A stretch of 64,000 nt of DNA from Psilocybe cubensis (taxonomy: Eukaryota). Within the stretch, counting starts at the first letter, position 1, and each line of letters starts with the position of its first letter. Under the pieces are notes generated by a model, which made no database searches, was not told the origin of the DNA, and was given only the letters and a program-made list of their open reading frames with translations. A program made the position numbers and the translations under genes. Location: contig CM038999.1 in the NCBI GenBank assembly GCA_017499595.2, forward strand, positions 2,852,001 to 2,916,000, written 5' to 3'. This document shows, one piece after another, positions 13,906 through 24,400 of this stretch.

Positions 13906-15685
13906 TTACTCCTTCTCAAAATGTTGAACATATGATGTCGGTCCATTGTTCCAATCTTCTACCCGCCGCGCGCTGACCAGACTGAACGTGGAGTCGTGTG
14001 TGCCTACAAAACCAACGGCCATACTTTGTGCCACAAATTCCACAATCGGAAGGTACCATTCGCCGTATTTTTTAAATGTGCGCTCTTCTTCGTGATTAAT
14101 GGTTACCCATCCAAGTTCCTGAACCTCATCCCAAAATTCTGGATCCTTTTCGTCTTCCGTGAAGGGGGATTCAACACACATTGTCTTCTTCTTTAAGCAA
14201 TGGGACACACACACATACCTGATGTGACGAGAACATGCTTCACGCGTTTATTGTGCTTATCGCGGAGCTCTCTTCGTATCTTTTCGACGCGCTTCTCGAA
14301 TGTGGAGAGAGGTGCTAAGCAGTTCCCAGGGGTATCCCAACATTGGTTCGCGAAGTCACCCCGCCTGATATGAACAGCAATAAACTGTGACCTAAATTTA
14401 GCCATTAATGAAGAAAGAAGCGAGAAGACAATCACCTGTGGGATATTGTTCTCTGAAGTACCAAAGGCTCTTGCAAGGTAGCCTTCAACCATTTTAACCA
14501 AGTCATCGGTAAAGTGCAAATGTGTTGCGACCTTTGTCCAGGCAGGTGACCATGCAAACTTGTACTCGTAGGTCTCGCCTGTAGTGACATAGTAGAGAAA
14601 ATCGAAACACGACATATGCTCGTCAGGTAGGAGACGTCTTCCCAGAGGCGATTCCATCATGATCTCGTAATGCCCGTTCGGCGGTGGACGGGGTTTCCGA
14701 GGGAAAATGAACTGCATCATCTTATGGAAAATGAGAAAATCGTCATTCCCATCGCTGGGATTGTTGCGGGCCTCGGTTGGGGCGCGAGTGTATGAGATAT
14801 CCAGCTTGAGATGATCCATCACCCATTTGACTCGCAAGGGAAGTGGGTCATTTCCGTGCCGGGTTGACCAACAGCCCAGCTCTTCACGCTCTTCGGGTAG
14901 AGGGATTTCGCTTGAGCTCGTTGAAGGCAGTTTCTTCACGTCGCGCCATTCCAGCAAAGGATATCTCATAAGGTCTCTGGCGCGGCTCATATTAAAAATA
15001 TTCCCGAAAGGAACGACGCCGGCGTCCAGGGCTTTGGAAGTGTCGGTCTGCGTAATTAATCGCATAAAACATAGCAGCACTCACAGATGTGGTGATCTGG
15101 TCCAAACGGTGGTATAATCGGTACTCGTCCCGATATCATTCCCAGATAAATCATGTTGGTCTATAGGTTAGATGAACATAGTATTCCGACTAGACATCAA
15201 GGCGACGTACATAGCTCATGAGTTGATTGGCTTCATAATAATGACTTGACTTCAGAAGGTAACTTAAATCCCACTAACAAAAACACGTACTGAACCCTGC
15301 ATTCGACCCCGCTGTGATATATACTTCATTTTCTAGAAGATTATCTAAAACGCGTTGTGAGTTTCGGTGGGAACGCCATGAAGTCAGACTCGCCTCTGAA
15401 CTTGTCAGTTGGAGGTCCTTTCAGGTATTTAGATGAGTCCCATTCCTTTAGAGGTGGCGATTCTTTCGTTTTAGCGATGTTCTCCCGCAAAGCTGGCTTT
15501 ATGAGGGGATTCTGTGGAGGCGGTATACAATGTAGAGGGTTTAAGGGTGGTTTTGAAGATGGCGGGTATTGATAGATATTCCGACTTGGCGGGGCGAACA
15601 GGAGAAGGATGGAAGAATAGGCCAACGAAACCGCAGTCACCAGAAGGACGGTAAGAAAGATCAAGGACTTAATACGAGACAACAT
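13906..15685 (-). CDS. O-fucosyltransferase-like type II membrane protein, paralog B
   Basis: Signal anchor MLSRIKSLIFLTVLLVTAVSLAYSSILLLF; SNAGF|TNQLMSY; VHIRRGDF; FVGTHDSTFSLVSARRVEDWNNG; 5' exon layout matches paralog A. Confidence 0.75.
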
Positions 15686-15901
15686 GTGTAGAAGCGTTAG
15701 AGCAGGGCCCCACGCAGCGACTAAAGATCTAGCTAGTATATGAACCAGAAAAAGCCAAGTGTCTTATTATTGACACTGATGGCTCACTTATTTTGGTAGG
15801 TAGGTAGGTACATATTAGGAAAGCAGTTTTTCGGACCTAAAAAGGATGCCTGCCGTCCCCCGGCCGCCTCACTGCTCCCTCACAGATACTAGTCTCGCAA
15901 G

Positions 15902-16047
15902 CCAGACCTTCTGAGGTGACCTGATTTTCTGGTCCCGATCCGATACCTCGGGTCAATGTTTGTACGACCAAACATCAACCGGAACACAACCGGATCGCGC
16001 GGACAAGGATCGGACTGCGAAAATCAAGGTCACCTCAGAAGGTCTGG
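15902..16047. repeat. Nested inverted repeat (long hairpin or MITE-like element)
   Basis: CCAGACCTTCTGAGGTGACCTGATTTTC (15902-15929) is the reverse complement of 16019-16047 with one indel; inner arms CCGATCC/GGATCGG and ATGTTTG/CAAACAT. Confidence 0.8.
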
Positions 16048-16437
16048 GCAGAACTTGGACGATCTTGTCGAGGTGACAGTTTGTGACTGGGACTTAGCGA
16101 AATTCGCGAAATTTCGCGATCCTCACACATCCCCGCCTCCCTCAAAGTGGCCACATTGCCAAAAAAAAGTATTTTTCAAGTATGTATTTTCAGAATGTAC
16201 TTGTCACAATCTATTCAGATATATAGGCTATAACATACTTTTTTTTTTGACAAAAGGACTATGTACTAGGGAGGGGGAGGAGGAGGAGGAGGTGGTGGTG
16301 GTGGTTGAGATGTGTGGTGATATGGGTTATAGTATCCTCTTTGTGGTGTTATGAGAGACTGAGGATGGTAATAGTTGGGATAGTACAAGGACCAGGTACT
16401 GTATGGATGATTGGGTGTGGATGGGTGTTGAAGCCTT

Positions 16438-16935
16438 GCTCCACCTGATCTCCAAGCTGACATAGAAAGTCTCATGCAAAGTCTTGCTGACCATGGTGTT
16501 TATAATGTACAGAAAGGCCGGATTCTTAAGCACGACAAAATTGTTAAGGATGTTATAGCCACAGGACTGCACAACCTTACCGCAGGAGAAAAAAACCTGC
16601 TTGCCAAATACAACCTATCTTTCAAGAAATTGCAGCTACGTCGAAAAATGAAGCCGGTGACAGATGTGGCAACATACCTTGAACAGATAGCTCATTCAGA
16701 TACTCCACCGGCCGACCAAGATGTCAAAACCGAACCTGATACAATCGAAGACCCGGATCTAAATGCAATATTCAGCTCCAACTTGGAAGACATGGATGAA
16801 AGTGATTATACCACTTTACCTCGGTTGACAGAAGATGATGTTGCTTTTGATATGGATGAGATAGATGCCGATGATGAGGAAGTAGACACAGATGAGTCGA
16901 TTAGCAGTGACGAGGGCGATTTCGAGTGGGATTGA
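16438..16935 (+). pseudogene. Isolated C-terminal fragment of a repeat-associated protein (resembles the DUF6589-type tail) with acidic end
   Basis: APPDLQADIESLMQSLADHGVYNVQKGRILK...KYNLSFKKLQLRRKMKPV followed by a D/E-rich tail; no upstream coding exons seen, preceded by simple repeats. Family identity is from recall only. Confidence 0.4.
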
Positions 16936-17419
16936 GCGTTGTGGAGTAAAATGTTATCGAATGACATACCTCGGTCCCTCTGAAATCCGTGGATTTTGAC
17001 TAAGTCTTTTGTGACATTGTGTGACTCGACAAGAAGTGCTTCGTTACGCCCAGCCGTTTCTGACGAAACCGAGCGGAGCTCGAAATAGCTGAGTCAGAAA
17101 TGGCTGGGCACGAGCCTACACAGATACGAATAATCGACCCAGCGCTTTCGCTGAGCGAAGATCTCCATGGTCCGGGTAACGTAGAGCCTGAGGTTTTACA
17201 GGTTTTCGTGGTTTTGACGTAACTCTGTGCCTTCCTTGCCTTCTTTTAGTAGGAGGCTCCAGGGAACCAGCATAGCCGCTGTTCTACAGGGTAGCAGTAT
17301 CATTGGCCCGGTACAACACTACCATGGGCAAGTGAGTAACATTTGTTATATTGTGGTTAGCTATACAGTGGGTTATTACATGTTCTCCATGTCTGTTAGG
17401 CTGTCTAATTTGTGATCTT

Positions 17420-17750
17420 CCAATTGTATCATCCCTCTGTAGAGGGGGTGTCTATATATCTCCACCTGCGCAAATTCCTTGAGAACATGGTATGTGTATG
17501 CGGCCGTTGCCTCCACAGTCTGGTCCCAATTGCAGAGGTGTTTCAAAGTGTCCAGTCCGCTTCCACACGCGATGTGACGTTTAAATACTGTTTTTTCATC
17601 GTGTCCAAGAAAGCCGCGCGTCTCGTTTGTAGTTGGTCCGAAACATTTGTGCATAGCATCAGGGCGTGTACTTCATCTTCCATCTCCCGCTTGCACATCC
17701 TGCAAAGCCTGTGCGAGCGCGGAATCTTGCCCTGGCGACGGTCCACATGA
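17420..17750 (-). mobile_element. Degenerate 3' end of a non-LTR retrotransposon (LINE) ORF2, CCHC zinc-knuckle region, frameshifted
   Basis: RRQGKIPRSHRLCRMCKREMEDEVHALMLC (Cx2Cx8Hx4C), continuing in another frame as TLKHLCNWDQTVEATAAYTYHVLKEF; no RT domain upstream. Confidence 0.6.
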
Positions 17751-18308
17751 CGAAGAGTCTGAGCGGCCGCTCCCGCCTGCAGGCGGCGGAGCATAACGCC
17801 AGCTGAAGTTCTCCGGGTTTCAAAGGGTCTTCGTCGGACAAGGTCATGGTAGCGTCAGAGTCATAGGAACTCTTGGGCGTCACCGGGCTTATTGCACTCT
17901 GAGCCACCTTCCCAGAAACTCTCTAATCAGTGTCCCGCGGGCGCACAGACAAGGTTTGGTATGGGTGGCGGCGCTGACTCGCTGACTCAGCTTACTGTCT
18001 TACCCACAAGGCGCTCCGCCCAAGTTCCGCTTCAGACAGCTGGAGGGTGGGGGATGGCGTGTCGGTCCTGGTGGGCAGCAGACATCAAAGCAGGCTGCGC
18101 GCTATGGATGGCAGGTCGTGTGTCCCAGAGAAGACGTGTAACAAAGTAAGAACCACCCGTAGTGTAGGAGTGAGTCCATGTGTGAGCGTATCAGGTCTGA
18201 TGAGCCTGACTGGTCATCATGAAGCCAGCTCCCCCGTGCGGGACCACCTCAGGTAGGGCCACACGGATACCAAATCCCCATAACTCGTCAGTCTGTAGGC
18301 AGCTTCGT

Positions 18309-18724
18309 ATGCTCGATGCGTCGACCCGAAGGCAGCTGGTGAATGTTTGGTGTGGTTACATTATTGGGAGCAGTCGGAAGGCTGATAGGCGACGGATGAG
18401 ATTATGCTCGAAGCGCCGACCGGAAGGCAGCTCACAAATGCTCGAAATGCCGTCCCGAAGGCAGCTCACGTATGCTCGAAGCGCCGACCCGAAGGCAGCT
18501 GGAATGGAGGGGGCGCGAATGTGCCTTCTTCACCACGTCGATAAGCTTTATCCAACTCCCTCTTCCCTTGCAACAACCACGATGCGCCGACACGAAGGCA
18601 GCTGGTGAATGTTGGGAGATCTGGAGTATGCTCGAAGCGCCGACCCGAAGGCAGCTCACAAATACTCGAAACGCCGACCCGAAGGCAGCTCACAAGTGCT
18701 CGAGGCGCCGACCCGAAGGCAGCT
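18309..18724. repeat. Array of eight 29-bp direct repeats (consensus ATGCTCGAAGCGCCGACCCGAAGGCAGCT) with variable spacers
   Basis: Copies at 18309-18337, 18404-18432, 18438-18466, 18472-18500, 18575-18603, 18628-18656, 18662-18690, 18696-18724. Confidence 0.95.
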
Positions 18725-19226
18725 AGGTGGTACAGGAGATGCTGAGAAATAACCATCATGTTTGTATCTGCCGGCCGTTAGATTGCCGACACAACATCTC
18801 GGTAGTCCATCAGGGTCTGGAAAACATATATCATCCGTGATTGTCTTGAAAAAAGGCAATTTAACTCATTCCAGATGCAGAAATTATGAACACATCCTCA
18901 GTTCTCTGAAAAATCTATGCAAACTGTTTAAGAAACGACAATGCGAGTTTACCTTGGTTTTTAGCTTCACGTCAAGGCAAGCATCCATTGACAGCGTCGG
19001 CGTTTCGCCGTCGCGTTTCAACAGCCATACTACATATTCATATGCCACATTCCATAACATGTGCAATGAACGCTAACCCTTGTCCAGCTACCGTATGGAT
19101 AAATCCACACAGCCGTTCTACGAAAATTACATGATATATGCATTGCAGTTCGTTAGGGTTAGTGTACAGGATATCAAAGATTAGTAGTAAATGTTCTCCG
19201 AGTGCGACAGACTTTGTCTCCTGGTG

Positions 19227-20039
19227 TTAATTTGGATTCGCGCCAGCTTCTTGGAACATCTTCTTGAGAAGTTTTTGGTCATGAAGTTCCTGGAGCCGAT
19301 CCGAACCTCCAATAGATTTCCCTTGTAGAAGAATATTGGGGAAAGTAGATTGACCCGTTAGGCGAGTCAATAGGGTCTTGATCACATTGCCATCATCTGA
19401 TAAAAATGGGTCTTTTAACGCGTCGATATCCACGCATCAACGAAAAAACATACCTCTCATATCCACCTCAACGATATGCGGGGGAGGTTCAAGGTTATAG
19501 GTGGCAATTAGGTCTTTTGCACGTTGAGAAAACCTGCACATCATCAGACGTTAAATCCTGGCAATAAAACCTAATTACAAAGCTGACCGGCAATATGTCT
19601 ATCGAGTATACGGTGAATAATGAGAGCAAAGAAGGCAAAGAGGAAAACTTCACACCTTGCTGAATACGATAACGGGATATTTGGTATCAATATAGTCACG
19701 CTCCACACTCCAGTCCAAAGCCGTTTGACCACCGTAGAAAGATAGATCAATGGGAAGAGTTGGGTCCAGCTGAACAGCATTACTCAGGACGTGTTCTTGC
19801 TCGTGGTCTCCAGTAACGAGATGCAGGAGGCCATAAATTTCTCCAACTTTCCCCTTCTTCGACTTGGTAAGACGTGCAACGTTTGCACGCGACAGTGTGG
19901 TTCCAAATGAAAGAGGAATCTCCCAAGGCACGAAGAAAAAGAGGAGTACACCCACTAGCAGGATCGCTCCTAGGGTGAAGCGACGTCTTCGAATTGTATT
20001 GACGCCCTTGCTGTGCTTCAAGGCATACTGGCCTGACAT
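19227..20039 (-). CDS. Membrane-anchored monothiol glutaredoxin (Grx6/Grx7-like architecture)
   Basis: RRRRFTLGAILLVGVLLFFFV TM; exons 20039-19656, 19598-19588, 19533-19454, 19396-19227 splice to YPVIVFSK|TYCR|FSQRAKDLI...EVDMR|DDGNVIKTLLTRLTGQSTFPNILLQGKSIGGSD (TFP and GG glutathione-binding motifs). Confidence 0.88.
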
Positions 20040-20268
20040 ATCAAATTTTCGCAAGGAAGGAGGGCAATGGTTGTGTGGGTGTCTAGCAAAGTTGAGGGTA
20101 TGTTGTTAAAAGCCAAGTGGTGGGAGGTACATAACCCGGTGGTGACGAGCTGACTGTCCCTTGGGGCCGTTCATTATAAACCTGTGCAAATCAATGATCA
20201 AATGTCTAAATTTACAACAACCTTCGAACGGAAGTTACGGAACCTCATTTGGTATCTTTTAATCAACC
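20040..20268. promoter_or_regulatory. Short putative bidirectional promoter between the glutaredoxin (-) and HAD phosphatase (+) genes
   Basis: Only 229 bp separate the divergent ATGs; a TATAAA lies at ~20175-20180. Confidence 0.45.
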
Positions 20269-21263
20269 ATGTCGGGTCCACTTTTACAAAGAAGAAATGT
20301 CGAGTATGTCCTCTTTGACATGGATGGTACGTGCTAAGCACTGTCGAAGGCTCATGAACAACTGAGTTTATTTTCTACAGGCCTGATGATTGATTCTGAA
20401 AAGATCTACACTATCGCTACTAGTTAGTATCAAATCATGCTATCAGATCTCTGAGGTACAAGGTCTGTAACAGATGAAGTGCTCGGAAAATTTGGGAAGG
20501 AGATGACCTGGGACATGAAAGCAGGATGTATGGGCAAACGTCAGTATGCGCTACGTTCCAATCTTTTCTGCGTCGATTGCCGACTCAACTTTAATCGATC
20601 GATGCAGCTGAGAGAGAGGCCGCTATACATACTCTGTCGTTCTTCCCTGGCATACCTATTACTGTCGATGAATTTCTAGTGGAGAGAAACCGCGTTCAGG
20701 ACACACTATATCACACAGTGTCGCTACTTCCCGGCATAAGCAAGCTTGTGCACCATCTAAAAAAACACAATATTCCAATGGCCGTAGCCACCAGTTCTCG
20801 CCGCAGGAATTTCGAGATGAAAACTGCACTCCATCAAGAGTTCTTCTCGCTTTTTGATGGCAAAATTGTCTGCGGCGACGATAGGCAATACAATATGAAA
20901 GGCAAACCCGCTCCGGATATCTTTCTGGTTGCTGCTACGGTCTTGGGGAAAAATGTTGGCAAACTAGACGAAGTTCCCGAGGCCATCCACCTCGTTGAAA
21001 GAGCGAAAGGACTTGTATTCGAGGATGCTTTGCCGGGGATACAAGCCGGTAAAAGTGCAGGCATGTCAGGTACGCTCTCAAAGTATTTATGTTCTTTTCT
21101 TTCTTTCCTGATTCGCAAGCCATACCTGTTTCTAGTCGTATGGGTCCCCGACCCAAACCTTCTGAAGTTAACGCACCAAACTGAAGAAGTTCCCGACCAA
21201 GTACTTGCCTCTTTAGAAGATTTTAAACCCGAGGAATGGGGCCTACCACCATACGACTCATAA
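20269..21263 (+). CDS. HAD-superfamily phosphatase, pseudouridine-5'-phosphatase (HDHD1/PUDP)-like
   Basis: Motif I YVLFDMDG|LMIDSE, motif II AVATSS, GKPAPDIFL, LVFEDALPGIQAG, C-terminal FKPEEWGLPPY; several short introns. Confidence 0.85.
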
Positions 21264-21429
21264 TGTACATTATATCCAAGATGTCACCAAATATTCCCCG
21301 TACGGAATTGAATAAATAGGATATAATTTAGGATATAAAAATACAGATTTCTTATAATTGTGGACGATATTGCAAATAGATGTAGTTTGCCGATAGTTGG
21401 TATAGTAAAGTGTAGTGATGTGAAATGTG

Positions 21430-24400
21430 CTACCGGACGACCATGCTCAAACTGTTCCTGAACATACTCCTGCATTGCTTGGGGGTAAGGCCCCCACCGT
21501 TTGCAGTAGCCGGCGACCAGTTAGGAATCAATGGTGCAATGGAATTTGTCATCCTTTTCGTATTCGATGCTGGGCTCACGGCGGGGCGCATGAAAGCAGC
21601 AGTAGGTGGAGCAGGGTTGACCTCTTCAGACGACGACTGAGAACCCTGACGTTTGATTAAAGACGACTTGTCACGAACACGAAGAGGAGAAGGAGAAGCA
21701 GGAGAGTTGCTGGTTGCTACACCTGTTCTAGGAGATAATGAAGATTTGGGTGCAAGTGATTTCACTGGAGGAGAGTGTTGGTTTGAACGGGTGTCCTTAG
21801 TCGGCGTGAAATTGGCGTTGTACTCGGCAGAAGCATCTGCAGCAAGCCGAGATAAAGGAGAGCGAGTGGTTGGGGAATAGGAATTGACAGTGTGCGATCT
21901 GGGCTTAGTTGATTTAGCTCTCAAGGCTTCTGGACTGGGAGTAGATAAAGTTGGAGGTAGAGGGGAAACCGTGTTGATAGTATGTGAGCGGGGCTTAGTA
22001 AGTGAACCTGGAGATGGTGGGCTAGAAGGAGGGGCAAGGTGGGTAATATCACATCTGACCGATGGTGTAGTAGAGTTAGGTTTGGGTTTAGAAAGAGGTG
22101 AATTCGAAAGGCGACGTATGAAACTTTGTCCCATGGAAGATTTAGAAGAGTTCTTCTCGGCGACAGCAGGTGTGCGTTGGTAAATTGTACCACTGGATAT
22201 TGAAGAGGCTTGTTTATACCCCGATAAAGGCACACCCTTTTTGGGCGGGGTATGTGGGATTGCAGTCGTATCAGGGTTGATAGAACCCTGGGTCCGTGTA
22301 TCCAAGCTGCCAACTAATGGCTTACTCGTGGGCTTTTTGGTACCATAAGCAAGAGGTTTGTCACCTTCCACCGTTGAAGAGACCCCAAGTGAAGGTAATT
22401 GTGTACGTGTGATTGCCAGTGGTAAAGACGACAGTGCTGCAGTTATATTTGCAGGTTTGACTGAGCTGCTACCAGAGCGGAGATGTTGAGCAAGACCTCG
22501 TAAAGGAAGTCTGGAAGCCTTTTTTGTTGGGATACTGACTGAGCCCGACGAAGAGGTTGTATATGATGAACCTGACGTAGAAGGGGACAACCTTTCGCCG
22601 TCGTTTATGTCCAATGACCGTGAAGGTGATTTTGAAAATGGTGTAGCTGGTCTCGAGGTCCTAGGAGTAATTAAATCAGGTAGATGTGGTGCAGACGTCG
22701 AACCAAGTTCGACGTCGTGGGTCTGGCCTTTCTTGTGGGAGGGCTCGTCATGTCCATCTTTAATGTCTGTCCGCTGGTTCAGTTTTTGATGATTTTCTTC
22801 TGATAGAGCTCGTTTAATGTGCGGCAGAACGGTCAAATCAATCGGGCGGTCGTCGATTTCAACTTGAATTCTTCGAATGTCCTCACAATCGGAATCAGAA
22901 TCTTCATCGACTAAATTCGTCTCCAACGAGGCGAGATCACCATCACTGAACTGTTCAACAAGACGCGAGCCTATTTTGGCAGTTGGTGAAACAGCAATTT
23001 CTAGTGGTTTCCGCTCTTGGTCGGCAAGTTTCGCTTCTGGAAACGGGCCAGGTGATAAGAATTGCGATTCGTTTCCAGAAGTTAGTTTAATAGCATCTAA
23101 AACAATGGAGAGACACGTTTATAGGTCAGTCTAATCTATATATCATCAAGAGGGTCATAGTAAGAATTACCTTTGGACTTTGACTCCATGTTGATCTTGA
23201 CGTCTCCCTCCTTTACTTTCGTATTACTTTGGTCGCTGAAAACATCCGTCGAGACAGAGGAAGGGAAGCGAGGCATGTCTTGAACTTTGTCTTGAATTTC
23301 GTGAGTATTAGTAACTTTATCTATATTCTAAAGAAAGTGATGGAACAAAAGGAATCAATATCGCGCGACGGCGACGAAATAAAAATGTCACGTACCGAAG
23401 ACCCATTGATGTCTACCCTTTCTATCATGATGACACCGCGACGTTTCCGGATGTCCTTGTTGATTGGTTTAGGTAAAGCCTGATTACCCACAGATTCCAA
23501 CTTGACAGAGGACCTTGTCTTTTTGTCCGCCTCTTTCGCCTTTTGTTCTTTGGTAGCTGAAGCAGGCACATTGAGGTTGAAAGTCTGGAGAGCGGGGCGC
23601 TGGAGAACATTAGTTCGAGACGTAGACAACCTTGACCTAATGGGAGAAGTTGGGCGGCCCACGGTTTTGAGGGGTTTGACGAAAAGTTCTGAGTTTTTAC
23701 GGGAAGTCTGAAGGAACTCTGCGACTCGTGAACTTTTCAAAAACGTATTGGGAGATGGGGATTTCAAAGGACTAATTAGTCGAGGACGAGTCCTATCCAT
23801 AACAGGTGTAGCAGGCTTGCTCTTGGCGGATGTAGGTCGGGAAATTTTGGACGGTGTACGACTGTGGGGAGCTGTAATGCTACGAATCGGCGTCGTAGAT
23901 CGCTCTGAATTGAATGATGGCGAAGAGGATTGAGTTTCTCTGTCGGCTTCAATGATATCCGGCGCTACAGCACCTTCACTCTCTGTGATGCTCGAGGGTG
24001 GATCACTGTTGTTAGAATGAGAGAGTGTATGCCGAAGAATTTCTTCTGGCTGTAGAACGCTTTCGTCCTGAACACTTTCGTCCTGAAGAACACTTTCGTC
24101 CTGAAGAACACTTTCGTCCTGAAGAACATTTTCGTCCTGAAGAACACTTTCGTCCTGAAGAGCACTTTCAGAAGTCACCTTACTTTGGGGTAGAAAAACT
24201 GCCTTTGATTGGGTTGTGCTCTCAACATGCGCATTTTCATTTTCTGCCAGTTTGGTGCTTTGTTCCACGACAGTGAAAGATTCCCTGATGTCTTCAATGA
24301 TGGCCTGAGTAGTTTGGATACCCAAAAGCACGGGGTTTATTGACTCTGAAGGTGTCCTTTCTGCGAAGGCGAATGACTGATTTTCGGTATGTTCGTCAAC

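Noticed and set aside
18309-18724. Bona fide CRISPR array
   Set aside because: Eukaryotic context, no cas genes, spacer lengths of 5-74 nt, and spacers that repeat as part of a higher-order duplication.
24025-24276. Plus-strand ORF with (EEHFRP)n repeats
   Set aside because: Antisense shadow of the LQDESV minisatellite within the minus-strand gene.
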